64,000 bases of DNA, taken from contig CP066682.1 of NCBI GenBank assembly GCA_016432285.1, positions 188,273-252,272 of the forward strand, in the 5' to 3' direction. The stretch is from Candidatus Kaiserbacteria bacterium. Lineage in GTDB: Bacteria; Patescibacteriota; Minisyncoccia; Phycocordibacterales; UBA2100. Position 1 is the stretch's first letter. Every line of letters begins with the position of its first letter. Positions 19,912 to 29,401 of the stretch are shown here, piece after piece. The notes beneath the pieces were generated by a model, which was given only the letters and a program-made list of their open reading frames with translations, ran no database searches and was not told where the DNA came from. A program made the translations under genes and the position numbers.

Positions 19912-20894
19912 TCCCTACCAGTACGTCCAGGTCAGTCCGAGCTCGCCTGATTGTTGCCGCGGCTCTCACGATCATCGCTCTCCTTGTATACGCGGCGACG
20001 GTTTCGAGCGACCGTGCGGGTTTCGCATCTTCGGAAGTGCAATTCGCCGACGCCTCGCAAGGCGGCGCGCTCATCGTGCCAGCTTCGTGCCCCTCGAATC
20101 CACACTACGCGGGCGAGTGCAGCGGCGGAGGTGGCGGAGGTGGCAGCAACAATCCACCCGCAGCGCCCTCAAGCAATGCCTGCATCATCGCGCTCTCTCC
20201 CTCCACCATCGTGAGCGGCCAGAGCGCGTTCATGGGCTGGTCATCCACGTACGCGATTTTCGGCATTCCCTTCGTCGTGTCGGGCACGATCACGCCGACT
20301 CCTGGGGCGGTTGCCGATGCTGGCGTAACAACCGTCAACCCGACACAGACGACCACCTACAGCGGCACTTTTACCCCAAGCGGTAGCGTGCAGGGCATAC
20401 CGCAGAGCTGGCTCACGCCCGTCAATTGTTCGGCGGCGCTCACGGTCCTCACGAGCGCACCGGGTGCGGGAGCGTGCGCGCAGGTCAACTTCTGCAACGG
20501 CAGCGCGCTCTACCAGCAGCAAACCAACTGCACTGACGTGCTCGTGCAGCAATGCCCCTACGGCTGCTCCAACGGTGCATGCCAGGGAGCCGCAGCACCC
20601 ACCGCGTTCATCAGAGCGGTGCCCTCGCTCGTGCGCGCTGGCGAGCAGAGCACGATCTCGTGGAGCTCCTCCAACGCGGCTTCGTGCAACGTCACGAGCG
20701 TACCGGCCGTCGGAGGGACCCCGTGGTCGGGTCTCTCGGGGAGTCAGGATACGCCAATCGGCTACCAGACCACCTTTACGCTCTCGTGCCTCGGCCTCAA
20801 CGGCTCCACGATCAACCGCTCTGCGGTCGTCGACATCCTCCCGGTCTTCTGCGAAGTCGGCGCACCGGATTGCGATATTCAGCCCGGACAATAA
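19908..20894 (+). CDS. membrane-anchored secreted Cys-rich protein (328 aa)
   Basis: ATGA overlap with the upstream gene; N-terminal TM; poly-Gly; ~18 Cys; Thr/Ser-rich. Confidence 0.5.
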   Translation: MIPTSTSRSVRARLIVAAALTIIALLVYAATVSSDRAGFASSEVQFADASQGGALIVPASCPSNPHYAGECSGGGGGGGSNNPPAAPSSNACIIALSPSTIVSGQSAFMGWSSTYAIFGIPFVVSGTITPTPGAVADAGVTTVNPTQTTTYSGTFTPSGSVQGIPQSWLTPVNCSAALTVLTSAPGAGACAQVNFCNGSALYQQQTNCTDVLVQQCPYGCSNGACQGAAAPTAFIRAVPSLVRAGEQSTISWSSSNAASCNVTSVPAVGGTPWSGLSGSQDTPIGYQTTFTLSCLGLNGSTINRSAVVDILPVFCEVGAPDCDIQPGQ

Positions 20895-20905
20895 TCCTCA
20901 ATACT

Positions 20906-21358
20906 ATGCACGCATATCTGAAACTTCGCACCGCATTCATCGTTACGCTTGCCCTCATCACCCTGAGCGCGCTTCCGCTCTTTGCCCATGCGCAGAGCGA
21001 CGAGGAGCTGCGCTCCACGATTCGCGCCGCAATCGTCGCAGATCCCCGCTCGGCCAGCATGAGTGAGGCGGAAATCGACGTGATGGTGGAGGCACTCGCC
21101 ACACAGGCGAAGGCCACCGGCGTCACGGCACGCGACGTCGAGAGTGCCGCGCGGGCGAGTCAGAATACACAGCGCCGCTCACCGTACGCGAGCGAATGCA
21201 CGAGCTTCATCTGCAAGGTCAACGAGGCGTTCGGCATCACCGGCAACGCAAGTGTGATCGCGGTTGCCATGGGCGTGACCGCCGCCGTGCTCCTCTTTGT
21301 GATCGGCATGCTCATCGAACACCATCGCCGCAAGCTCACAGGCTCCAATCCGCTCTAG
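20906..21358 (+). CDS. paralog A-prime of 19417..19911
   Basis: Shared motifs AQSDEELRSTIRAAIVADPRSASMSEAEIDVMVEAL, NEAFGITG and C-terminal TM MLIEHHRRK. Confidence 0.5.
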   Translation: MHAYLKLRTAFIVTLALITLSALPLFAHAQSDEELRSTIRAAIVADPRSASMSEAEIDVMVEALATQAKATGVTARDVESAARASQNTQRRSPYASECTSFICKVNEAFGITGNASVIAVAMGVTAAVLLFVIGMLIEHHRRKLTGSNPL

Positions 21359-21375
21359 CGCTCTCGTGTGTGGGG

Positions 21376-21404
21376 TTGCATTTCACGGGGCGCGCCTGTA
21401 TAGT
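21376..21404 (+). promoter_or_regulatory. promoter TTGCAT-17nt-TGTATAGT for the rplC operon
   Basis: -35 at 21376-21381; extended -10 at 21397-21404. Confidence 0.45.
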
Positions 21405-21410
21405 GCCCGC

Positions 21411-21487
21411 ACATTCTCTTTGAGAATGTCCCATGTCCCCATACGGGACCAATGGTTCGGGAAAACGCCCGCCATTGTGGGCGTTTT
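21411..21487 (+). promoter_or_regulatory. structured 5' leader of the rplC operon: three hairpins, the last (AACGCCCgccattgtGGGCGTTttgt) terminator-like, 12 nt before the ATG
   Basis: Hairpins at 21411-21429, 21435-21449 and 21463-21487 read directly; candidate attenuator. Confidence 0.35.
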
Positions 21488-21498
21488 GTCATAACACT

Positions 21499-22107
21499 AT
21501 GAAATTCATGCTCGGCACCAAGGGTCGTATGACGCAGATTTTCGATGAAAGCGGCGTCGTGAAGGCCGCGACGATCGTCGTCGCGGGGCCTCTCACCGTG
21601 ACACAGGTGAAAACCAAGGATAAGGATGGTTACGCCGCCGCGCAGGTGGGCTTTGGATCCATGAAGGAAAAGAACGTGTCGCAGGCAAAAAAGGGCCACC
21701 TCAAGGACCTCGCGTTTTCTCGGCATCTTCGAGAGTTTCAGCCGGAGGGCGAGGTGAAGCGCGGGGATTCCATCGACGTGTCGATCTTCGCGCCGGGCGA
21801 CACGGTCGCCGTTTCGGCGATCTCCAAGGGCAAAGGATTCCAGGGCGTCGTAAAGCGACACGGCTTTTCGGGCGGCCCCCGCAGCCACGGCCAGAAAAAT
21901 AAGGAGCGCGCACCCGGCTCCATCGGTGGCGGCGGACGCGCGGGTGGCCGCGTAGTGAAGGGCATGCGGATGGCTGGTCGCATGGGAGGAGATCGGATCA
22001 CCGTCAAAAACCTGAAAGTCTTGCAGGTCGACCCTGCGTCGCACACGCTTCTCATTTCCGGCGCCATTCCCGGCTCACCCGGCACGCTCGTCGAGATTCG
22101 CGGCTAA
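21499..22107 (+). CDS. rplC: 50S ribosomal protein L3
   Basis: MTQIFDE...; gene order; internal ATG at 21499. Confidence 0.95.
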   Translation: MKFMLGTKGRMTQIFDESGVVKAATIVVAGPLTVTQVKTKDKDGYAAAQVGFGSMKEKNVSQAKKGHLKDLAFSRHLREFQPEGEVKRGDSIDVSIFAPGDTVAVSAISKGKGFQGVVKRHGFSGGPRSHGQKNKERAPGSIGGGGRAGGRVVKGMRMAGRMGGDRITVKNLKVLQVDPASHTLLISGAIPGSPGTLVEIRG

Positions 22108-22117
22108 TTTCAATACT

Positions 22118-22786
22118 ATGGAAGCACCAATCTACAATGCGGCAGGAAAAAAGAGCGGTTCGCTCGAGCTTCCGGAGCAGATCTTCAGCATCGAGTGGAA
22201 CGACTCGCTCATGCACCAGGTGGTAACCGCGATGCAAGGCAACGCGCGCCCCACGGTCGCGCACACGAAGACTCGCGGCGACGTGCGCGGCGGCGGTCGC
22301 AAGCCATGGCAGCAGAAGGGTACCGGCCGCGCGCGGCACGGATCGATCCGAAGTCCGATCTGGCGGGGCGGCGGTATCACGCACGGTCCGCGTGCCGACA
22401 AAAACTACTCGCGCACGATCCCGAAAAAGATGCGCGCCCGCGCTCTCTTCATGGCGCTCTCCCGCAAGATGAAAGACGGCGAGATCCTGTTCGTCGATTC
22501 CTTCGGCATCGACTCTCCCAAGACGGCGGCAGCCAAAAAGGCGCTCGTCTCCTTCTCGAAAATCTCCGGGTTTGAAAAGCTCGCCACCAAAAAGAAAAAT
22601 GCGGCGATCGTCGCCTTCGCGATGCCGAACGACGCTTCCGAAAAGTCTTTCCGCAACATCGGCAATGTGAAGACGCTCGACGTGCGCAGCTTGAATCCGG
22701 TCGCGGTGCTCGGGAGCACGTTCGTCATCATCGAAAACCCCGAGGCGTCCGTCGCCACCCTCTTGAGCCGCTCGGCCAAAAAATAG
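22118..22786 (+). CDS. rplD: 50S ribosomal protein L4
   Basis: Sequence and position. Confidence 0.95.
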   Translation: MEAPIYNAAGKKSGSLELPEQIFSIEWNDSLMHQVVTAMQGNARPTVAHTKTRGDVRGGGRKPWQQKGTGRARHGSIRSPIWRGGGITHGPRADKNYSRTIPKKMRARALFMALSRKMKDGEILFVDSFGIDSPKTAAAKKALVSFSKISGFEKLATKKKNAAIVAFAMPNDASEKSFRNIGNVKTLDVRSLNPVAVLGSTFVIIENPEASVATLLSRSAKK

Positions 22787-22787
22787 T

Positions 22788-23174
22788 ATGGCGCTCTTCT
22801 CACGAAAAAAGACAGCCGCTCCCGCAAAAGCTGCGGACACTGAAGAAAAGAAAGTGGCACGTGCGGAAAATGCTCCGCAGACTGGCTCGGGCGCTCGTAC
22901 GGCACACGTCTTGAAAAATCCGCGCATCACCGAAAAGGCCACTGCTCACAGCGCCGAGGGCATCTACACCTTCGATGTGGCCGATGAGGCGACGAAGCGC
23001 CAGATTCTTCAGGCGGTCGCTGCGGTGTACGGCGTCCACCCGAAGTACGTGCGGATCGCGCAGGTGCCGCAGAAAATCCGCAAAAGCATGCGGACAGGGA
23101 AGCGCGGCATCAAAAAGGGCGGCAAAAAAGCCTACGTGTATCTCAAGAAAGGAGACACGATAACCATTCTCTAA
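22788..23174 (+). CDS. rplW: 50S ribosomal protein L23 (with N- and C-terminal extensions)
   Basis: Core AHVLKNPRITEKA...YTFDV; position between L4 and L2. Confidence 0.9.
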   Translation: MALFSRKKTAAPAKAADTEEKKVARAENAPQTGSGARTAHVLKNPRITEKATAHSAEGIYTFDVADEATKRQILQAVAAVYGVHPKYVRIAQVPQKIRKSMRTGKRGIKKGGKKAYVYLKKGDTITIL

Positions 23175-23178
23175 TTCT

Positions 23179-24021
23179 ATGAAGCAATACAAACCGACAA
23201 CTAAGAGCAGCCGCGCGAAGACGACGATCGAGTTCCGCAATCTCTTGAGCGGACACCGTCCGCACAAGGCGCTTCTCAAAGGCAAAGGCTCGACCGGAGG
23301 CCGCAACGTCTACGGCCGCATCACCACCCGCCACCATGGCGGCGGTCACAAGAAGCGCCTGCGGCTCGTGGATTTTCGTTTCGACAAAAAGAATATTCCC
23401 GCGACGATCAAGAGCATTGAGTACGATCCTTTCCGCAGCGCTTTCATCGGGCTCGCGGTGTATGCCGACGGCGAAAAGCGATACGTCGTCGTGCCGCGGA
23501 CCTTGAAGGTGGGCGACACCTTCATGGTGGGCGAGAACGCTCCTCTCAAGAGCGGCAACCGCCTTCCACTTTCCAATATCCCGGTGGGTACCTTCGTCTA
23601 CAACGTTTCGCTGAAGCCCGGCGCAAAGGCAGCGCTCGTCCGCTCGGCCGGCAACTACGCGGAAGTGATCGCGCAGGATTCCGGGTACACGCACCTGAAG
23701 CTCCCGTCGACCGAAGTGCGCCGCATCATCGGCTCCTCCTGGGCGTCCGTCGGCGAGGTCTCGAACGAAGAGCACCGACTCGTGAATATCGGCAAGGCGG
23801 GAAGAAGCCGCTGGATGGGAGTGCGCCCGACCGTGCGCGGATCAGCGATGAACCCGGTGGATCACCCGCACGGCGGCGGTGAAGGTCGCCAGGGTCGCGG
23901 ACACCGGCGCCAGCGCACGCTCTGGGGCAAGCCCGCGGGCAAAGGCCAGAAGACGCGCCGCCCGAAAAAATATTCCAACGTGTTTATCGTTTCGCGCAGA
24001 AAGGTTGGTAAACGCTCATAA
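23179..24021 (+). CDS. rplB: 50S ribosomal protein L2
   Basis: [24 protein letters not shown]. Confidence 0.97.
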   Translation: MKQYKPTTKSSRAKTTIEFRNLLSGHRPHKALLKGKGSTGGRNVYGRITTRHHGGGHKKRLRLVDFRFDKKNIPATIKSIEYDPFRSAFIGLAVYADGEKRYVVVPRTLKVGDTFMVGENAPLKSGNRLPLSNIPVGTFVYNVSLKPGAKAALVRSAGNYAEVIAQDSGYTHLKLPSTEVRRIIGSSWASVGEVSNEEHRLVNIGKAGRSRWMGVRPTVRGSAMNPVDHPHGGGEGRQGRGHRRQRTLWGKPAGKGQKTRRPKKYSNVFIVSRRKVGKRS

Positions 24022-24026
24022 TTTTG

Positions 24027-24034
24027 TGTATAGT
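24027..24034 (+). promoter_or_regulatory. internal extended -10 element TGTATAGT, 10 nt upstream of the rpsS ATG
   Basis: Identical 8-mer to the rplC-operon -10 at 21397-21404. Confidence 0.3.
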
Positions 24035-24044
24035 CGCCACTTGT

Positions 24045-24383
24045 ATGTCACGATCGCTTAAAAAAGGTCCGTACGTCGATGAGAAGCTCATGAAAAAAGT
24101 GGGCGCTCGAAAGCCGTCCGGCGGAGCGATCAAAACCTGGGCGCGCGCCTCGCAAATCGCCCCCGAATTCGTCGGTTACACCTTTCTCGTGCACAAGGGC
24201 AAGGACTTCGAAGAGGTGTTCGTGACCGAAGATATGGTGGGGCACCGGCTCGGCGAGTTCGCGCCGACGACGAAATTCATCAAACACGGCGGAAAGATGC
24301 AGAAAGAAGCCGAGATGGCCGCGAAGGCGGCTGAGGTCGCCGCCGCGCAGGCAGCCAAGGCCACGGCCGACGCGAAGAAATAG
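24045..24383 (+). CDS. rpsS: 30S ribosomal protein S19 (with ~30-aa Ala/Lys-rich C-terminal extension)
   Basis: [12 protein letters not shown] start. Confidence 0.93.
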   Translation: MSRSLKKGPYVDEKLMKKVGARKPSGGAIKTWARASQIAPEFVGYTFLVHKGKDFEEVFVTEDMVGHRLGEFAPTTKFIKHGGKMQKEAEMAAKAAEVAAAQAAKATADAKK

Positions 24384-24384
24384 T

Positions 24385-24774
24385 ATGAAAGCCCTCCTCA
24401 CCAACTACCGCCAGTCGCCCCGTAAGGTCCGCCTTGTGGCCGACCTCATTCGCGGCAAATCGATCGCGCAAGCGAAGGCCGCGCTCAAATACCTGCCGAA
24501 GAAATCGTCGCCCGCGATTGAGCGGCTCCTTGACTCCGCGGTCGCCAACGCGCGCTCTCGCGGCATCGGGCCAGAGAACCTCATCGTCGGCAAAATCACC
24601 GTCGACAAGGGCACGGTGATGCGCCGCTACCGTCCCTTCGCTCGCGGCCGCGCCGGCTCCGTCAGGAAGACCATGAGCATCGTCAACCTTGAGCTCGCGA
24701 TGGCAAAACCGAAAGCCGCAAAAAAGGCGAACATCGCGAAACCCACCGCTAAAAAAGGAGACGAGACAAAATAA
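24385..24774 (+). CDS. rplV: 50S ribosomal protein L22 (with C-terminal extension)
   Basis: Sequence and position. Confidence 0.93.
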   Translation: MKALLTNYRQSPRKVRLVADLIRGKSIAQAKAALKYLPKKSSPAIERLLDSAVANARSRGIGPENLIVGKITVDKGTVMRRYRPFARGRAGSVRKTMSIVNLELAMAKPKAAKKANIAKPTAKKGDETK

Positions 24775-24775
24775 T

Positions 24776-25453
24776 ATGACACACACCGTACATCCATATG
24801 CACACCGCCTCGGCGTGATCCGCGACTGGAAGAGCCGCTGGTTTGCCAAATCGCCCGCCGAGTACCGCACCAACGTGATGATCGACACGACGATCCGCCG
24901 TTTCCTCAAGAAGCGCCTTCGCGGCATGTACGTTACGTCGGTTGAGATCGAGCGCAACCAGAGTGCCATCCGCATCGTCATCAAGACCTCGCGGCCGGGT
25001 CTCGTGATCGGGCGCGGGGGAGAGGGCTCGCAGAAACTCCAGAAGGAAGTTGAGGCGAAGGTCCGCACGGTGAAGGGTGCGCCGAAGATGGCGGTCCGTA
25101 TCGATATCGAAGAAGTACGTTCGCCGGAGAGCCAGGCGCCGGTCGTCGCGTACATGATCGCCGAGGGACTCGAGAAGCGCCAGACCTTCCGCCGCGTGCT
25201 GAAGCAGACGGTGGAGAAGGTGATGGCGAACCGCGACGTTCAGGGAGTGCGCATCGGGATTTCCGGCCGCCTCGGCGGCGCAGAAATGTCGCGCCAAGAA
25301 GAGATCAAACGCGGTCGCGTGCCGCTCCAGACCCTGCGGGCCGACATCGACTTCGCTCGCGAGGAGGCGTACCTTCCGTACGGTGTGATCGGGATTAAGG
25401 TGTGGATTTACCGCGGTGAGATTTTCGCCAAAAAGGACGAGCGCCGCGCATAA
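24776..25453 (+). CDS. rpsC: 30S ribosomal protein S3
   Basis: MTHTVHPYAHRLG...; KH domain; internal ATG at 24776. Confidence 0.95.
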   Translation: MTHTVHPYAHRLGVIRDWKSRWFAKSPAEYRTNVMIDTTIRRFLKKRLRGMYVTSVEIERNQSAIRIVIKTSRPGLVIGRGGEGSQKLQKEVEAKVRTVKGAPKMAVRIDIEEVRSPESQAPVVAYMIAEGLEKRQTFRRVLKQTVEKVMANRDVQGVRIGISGRLGGAEMSRQEEIKRGRVPLQTLRADIDFAREEAYLPYGVIGIKVWIYRGEIFAKKDERRA

Positions 25454-25457
25454 AAAT

Positions 25458-25880
25458 ATGTTGGCACCGAAAAAAGCAAAATTCAGAAAGTGGCAGACCG
25501 GACGCCGCCGCGGCGCGCGCCTCAATAAGCCCGAGACCCGTGGCATTCATGTCGCCTTCGGCGCCTTTGGTTTGAAGGCCGTAACGCAGGCGCGCATCAC
25601 TTCCAACCAGCTCGAGGCCGCTCGGCGTGCGCTCACGCACTCTGCCGGCAAGACCGCCAAGATCTGGATCCGCGTTTTCCCTGACCGCCCTTTTACGCAG
25701 AAAGCGGCGGAGGTTGGTATGGGATCCGGCAAGGGCGATGTGATGGGGTACGTCGTCGACGTGCGCCCGGGTCGCATTCTTTTTGAGATCGATGGCGCAC
25801 CGGAAGAGATGGCGCGTGAAGCGCTTCGGAAGGCCGGCACGAAGCTCCCGCTCAAAGCACGCGTCGTCGCCCGCGAATAG
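25458..25880 (+). CDS. rplP: 50S ribosomal protein L16
   Basis: MLAPKKAKFRK start. Confidence 0.95.
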   Translation: MLAPKKAKFRKWQTGRRRGARLNKPETRGIHVAFGAFGLKAVTQARITSNQLEAARRALTHSAGKTAKIWIRVFPDRPFTQKAAEVGMGSGKGDVMGYVVDVRPGRILFEIDGAPEEMAREALRKAGTKLPLKARVVARE

Positions 25881-25904
25881 TTCGACAAGCTCACCACAGG
25901 TACT

Positions 25905-26108
25905 ATGACTGACTACAAGGACAAAAATAGGGAGGATCTTCTCAAGGTTGTCTCGCAAAAACGCGAAGCCCTGCGGCTCTTCCGCTTCGGAGGTGCTGGT
26001 AGCCGCACCCGCAACACGCGTGAGGGCCGTACGCTCCGCAAAGAAATCGCGCAGATTCTCACCGAGCTTCGATCGCGGGAAATTGCATCCGTCGCGAAGA
26101 CGAAGTAG
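25905..26108 (+). CDS. rpmC: 50S ribosomal protein L29
   Basis: Size, position and basic helical sequence. Confidence 0.85.
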   Translation: MTDYKDKNREDLLKVVSQKREALRLFRFGGAGSRTRNTREGRTLRKEIAQILTELRSREIASVAKTK

Positions 26109-26120
26109 AGTAGCTTTTTT

Positions 26121-26363
26121 ATGGAAACAACCGCAAAAACTGGAAAGGTATTCAAGGGCGTCGTCGTCAAGTCGGCGATGAAGGACACCGTTACCGTGTC
26201 GGTGGAGCGCTACGTGCAGCACCCGAAATACAAGAAGTACCTGCGCCGTTCCAAGAAGTACCTCGTCCACAACCCGGGCAACACCTTGCAGGTGGGCGAT
26301 ACGGTAACGATTCGCGAGACGCGTCCGATCTCGAAGCGCAAGCGCTTCGTGGTCGCTCAATAA
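26121..26363 (+). CDS. rpsQ: 30S ribosomal protein S17
   Basis: G.VVS.KM.KT..V.VER....P.Y.K. Confidence 0.9.
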   Translation: METTAKTGKVFKGVVVKSAMKDTVTVSVERYVQHPKYKKYLRRSKKYLVHNPGNTLQVGDTVTIRETRPISKRKRFVVAQ

Positions 26364-26367
26364 TTCT

Positions 26368-26748
26368 ATGTTGCAAGATCGAAGCCTCGTGAAAATAGCG
26401 GACAACTCGGGCGGCATTATCGGCCGCGTCTTCAAGGTTTTGGGCGGCTCCAAAAAACGCTATGCCGGCATCGGCGAGGAGGTGGTGATCTCGATCCAGA
26501 CCGCGCAGCCGAGAAAGCTCGTCAAGAAAAAGGAAGTGCACCGCGCGGTCGTCGTCCGCCAGAGCAAGCCCTTCCGCCGCAAAGACGGCTCGTACGTGCG
26601 CTTCGACGAGAACGCCGTCGTGCTCGTCGTCGGCTCCGGCAAAGAGCCGAAGGAGCCGAAGGCCAACCGCGTGTTCGGCCCGATTCCGCGCGAAGTCGGC
26701 GAGGCCGGATACCAAAAGATTGCATCGCTCGCGCCCGAAGTCGTATAA
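26368..26748 (+). CDS. rplN: 50S ribosomal protein L14
   Basis: MLQDRSLVKIADNSGG. Confidence 0.95.
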   Translation: MLQDRSLVKIADNSGGIIGRVFKVLGGSKKRYAGIGEEVVISIQTAQPRKLVKKKEVHRAVVVRQSKPFRRKDGSYVRFDENAVVLVVGSGKEPKEPKANRVFGPIPREVGEAGYQKIASLAPEVV

Positions 26749-26752
26749 CGAT

Positions 26753-27064
26753 ATGAAACTCAAAAAAGGAGACAAAGTGATGGTCGTCGCCGGAAAAAGC
26801 CGCGGCAAGAGCGGTACGATCGTGCGCGTGCTGCCGCGCGAGAATCTCGTCGTGCTCGACGGCGTCAATCTCGTAAAGCGCCACCGCCGCCCCAACGCGC
26901 AAAACCGCAAGGGCCAGATCATCGACAAGCCGGCTCCGATTCACGCTTCCAACGTAATGATCCTCGACCCGAAAAGCGGCAAGCCCACGCGCATCAAGTT
27001 TCAGCGTAGTGCCGAAGGCGTGCGCACCCGCATCGCGGTAAAGAGTGGACAGGCACTCAAATAA
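26753..27064 (+). CDS. rplX: 50S ribosomal protein L24
   Basis: MKLKKGDKVMVVAGKSRGKSG. Confidence 0.9.
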   Translation: MKLKKGDKVMVVAGKSRGKSGTIVRVLPRENLVVLDGVNLVKRHRRPNAQNRKGQIIDKPAPIHASNVMILDPKSGKPTRIKFQRSAEGVRTRIAVKSGQALK

Positions 27065-27065
27065 T

Positions 27066-27611
27066 ATGGCAAACCCCACCACACAACAGAACACATTCAA
27101 CGCCCTCAAGGGGGATCTCGGCTTTTCCAACGTGATGCAGGCGCCGAAGATCCAGAAGGTCGTCGTCTCGGTCGGCGTCGGCAAGGTGAGCAAGGACAAA
27201 AAGCGACTCGATCTCATCCTCGATCGGCTCACGCGGATCACGGGGCAAGCTCCTGCGCCGCGCGCCGCCAAGAAGGCGATCGCCAACTTCAAGAGCCGCG
27301 TCGGCGACATCGTGGGCTACCAGGTCACGCTCCGGGGGCAACGCATGCAGACCTTTCTCGACAAGCTGATCCACATCGTGCTCCCACGCGTGAAGGACTT
27401 CCGCGGACTGAAGGCGAGCGCCATCGACGAGATGGGCAACATCACGCTCGGTATCAAGGAGCACGCGGTCTTCCCCGAGACGGCGGACGAAGACTCGAAG
27501 GATCTCTTCGGGCTCGCGATCACGATCACGACGAGCGCGAAAAATAAGAAAGACGCTGAAGCTTTCCTCCGCCACGTTGGCCTCCCTCTCCAGGCTCCTG
27601 ACAACAAATAA
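27066..27611 (+). CDS. rplE: 50S ribosomal protein L5
   Basis: Sequence and position. Confidence 0.95.
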   Translation: MANPTTQQNTFNALKGDLGFSNVMQAPKIQKVVVSVGVGKVSKDKKRLDLILDRLTRITGQAPAPRAAKKAIANFKSRVGDIVGYQVTLRGQRMQTFLDKLIHIVLPRVKDFRGLKASAIDEMGNITLGIKEHAVFPETADEDSKDLFGLAITITTSAKNKKDAEAFLRHVGLPLQAPDNK

Positions 27612-27616
27612 AACAA

Positions 27617-27643
27617 ACGGCCGCCCGAGGGCGGCCGTTTGCG
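27617..27643 (+). terminator. terminator-like 10-bp GC hairpin (ACGGCCGCCC/GGGCGGCCGT) right after rplE
   Basis: Perfect inverted repeat; short T-stretch. Confidence 0.4.
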
Positions 27644-27672
27644 TGTTGAACGTTCTCCAAAAATGCAATTCG

Positions 27673-27701
27673 TTGACTTTGCCGGAGGCATCGCCTATAG
27701 T
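27673..27701 (+). promoter_or_regulatory. internal promoter TTGACT-17nt-TATAGT between rplE and rpsN
   Basis: Near-consensus -35/-10 with 17-nt spacer; followed by ~180-nt leader. Confidence 0.45.
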
Positions 27702-27884
27702 GTCGAAGCCTCGTAAGGGGCTTTGTTTTTTAGCAAGTCCTGAGCTTGTCGAAGGAGACTGCGAGAAACGAAGCACGGAGGAAGCGTCTCTAACCCAACA
27801 TCCGAAAGGTGGGGTGCCAGAGCTTCCAACACTCCTTTAAGGCACCCTTCGACTTCGCTCAGGGTAAAATTTTTTCAAAATTTT

Positions 27885-28070
27885 ATGGCCAAAAAATCAA
27901 TGATCGTCAAAGCCAATCGGAAGCCGAAGTTTTCTTCGCGCACCGTGCGGCGCTGCTTCAAGTGCGGACGCCCGCGCGGCTTTATGCGCGATTTCAATCT
28001 CTGCCGTATCTGCTTCCGCGAGGAGGCTCTCGAGGGCAACATCCCCGGTGTCAAAAAAAGCTCATGGTAA
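27885..28070 (+). CDS. rpsN: 30S ribosomal protein S14, zinc-binding Z-type (61 aa)
   Basis: CFKCGRPRG...CRIC four-Cys motif. Confidence 0.85.
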   Translation: MAKKSMIVKANRKPKFSSRTVRRCFKCGRPRGFMRDFNLCRICFREEALEGNIPGVKKSSW

Positions 28071-28459
28071 ACGATCCCGTCGCAGACTTTCTCGTGCGCC
28101 TCAAGAGCGCAGCAGACATCCGCCGCTCCAGCGTGAGCGTGCCGTTCTCCTCCTTTAAAATGGCGATCGCCGAGAAGCTCAAAGACGCGGGCTTTCTGAA
28201 AGCGATCGAAAAGAAGGGCAAGAAGGTACGGAAGACGCTCGACGTAACGCTCAGCTACCTCGAGAGCGGCCAGCCCGCGATTCTCGGCGTGAAGCGCATC
28301 TCGAAGCCCGGCCGCCGCGTCTACCGCGGCGTCAACGAGATTCACCGCGTGCGATACGGCAAGGGCGCCCTCATCCTCTCGACCCCGAAAGGCATCAAGA
28401 CCGATAAAGAAGCCCGTAAAGAGAAGATTGGTGGGGAAGCCCTTTTCGAAATCTGGTAG
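28064..28459 (+). CDS. rpsH: 30S ribosomal protein S8
   Basis: [16 protein letters not shown]; ATG overlaps the rpsN stop. Confidence 0.9.
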   Translation: MVNDPVADFLVRLKSAADIRRSSVSVPFSSFKMAIAEKLKDAGFLKAIEKKGKKVRKTLDVTLSYLESGQPAILGVKRISKPGRRVYRGVNEIHRVRYGKGALILSTPKGIKTDKEARKEKIGGEALFEIW

Positions 28460-28489
28460 TTCGACGATGCTCACTATAAATAAATCACT

Positions 28490-29035
28490 ATGAGTCGCAC
28501 CGGCAAACAGATCATCAAGATTCCCGCAGGCACCGAAGTCTCGGTGGGAGAGGGTGCCGTGACGGTAAAGGGCAAGGGCGGCACGCTCGTGAAGCAGCTG
28601 CACCGCGCGATCAACATCGTCGTTCAAAACGGTGAGGTATCGGTGCAGCCGGTGGAAAAGACGCGGTTGGCGCGCGCGCTGTGGGGCACCTACGCCGCGC
28701 ATGTCCGCAACATGATCTCCGGCGTCAACACGCCGTTTGTCAAAAAGCTCCAGGTGGAAGGCATCGGCTATCGCGCGGAGCTCTCCGGCAAACAGCTGAA
28801 GCTCGCGGTCGGGCTCTCTCATCCCGTGCTGGTCGCAATTCCCGAAGGCATTTCTGTCGCCGTGGAGAAGAACATCATCTCCGTATCGGGCGCCAATAAA
28901 GAAGACGTCGGCGAATTCGCCGCGAGCGTGCGCGCCGTCAAAAAGCCGGAGCCGTACAAGGGCAAGGGCATTCGCTACGAAGGCGAAGTCGTACGCCAGA
29001 AGCAGGGCAAGAAGGCAGCCGCCGCAGCCGCATAA
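28490..29035 (+). CDS. rplF: 50S ribosomal protein L6
   Basis: Sequence and position. Confidence 0.95.
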   Translation: MSRTGKQIIKIPAGTEVSVGEGAVTVKGKGGTLVKQLHRAINIVVQNGEVSVQPVEKTRLARALWGTYAAHVRNMISGVNTPFVKKLQVEGIGYRAELSGKQLKLAVGLSHPVLVAIPEGISVAVEKNIISVSGANKEDVGEFAASVRAVKKPEPYKGKGIRYEGEVVRQKQGKKAAAAAA

Positions 29036-29038
29036 TCT

Positions 29039-29386
29039 ATGAGTACTTCGCAAAAACAGATGCAACGAGAACGACGCCACCGCCGCGTGCGAGCCCGCGT
29101 CGCAGGCAGCGCCACGCGGCCGCGCCTTTCGATCTACAAGTCCAACACGCGCATCATCGCGCAGATCATCGACGACGAAGCCGGGAAGACGCTGGTAGCG
29201 GTTTCCTCCGCATCCGAAAAGGGCAAAACTCCGCGCGAGCGCGCCGAGAGTGCCGCGGCAAGCCTCGCCAAGCGGGCGAAAGAGGCGGGCGTGAAGGCTG
29301 TCGTCTTTGACCGCGGCGGCTTCCAGTATGCCGGGACGATTAAAGCATTTGCAGACGCGGCACGAGAGGCCGGATTGGAGTTTTAA
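29039..29386 (+). CDS. rplR: 50S ribosomal protein L18
   Basis: Sequence and position. Confidence 0.9.
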   Translation: MSTSQKQMQRERRHRRVRARVAGSATRPRLSIYKSNTRIIAQIIDDEAGKTLVAVSSASEKGKTPRERAESAAASLAKRAKEAGVKAVVFDRGGFQYAGTIKAFADAAREAGLEF

Positions 29387-29401
29387 TATTCAGCTATTCG
29401 T

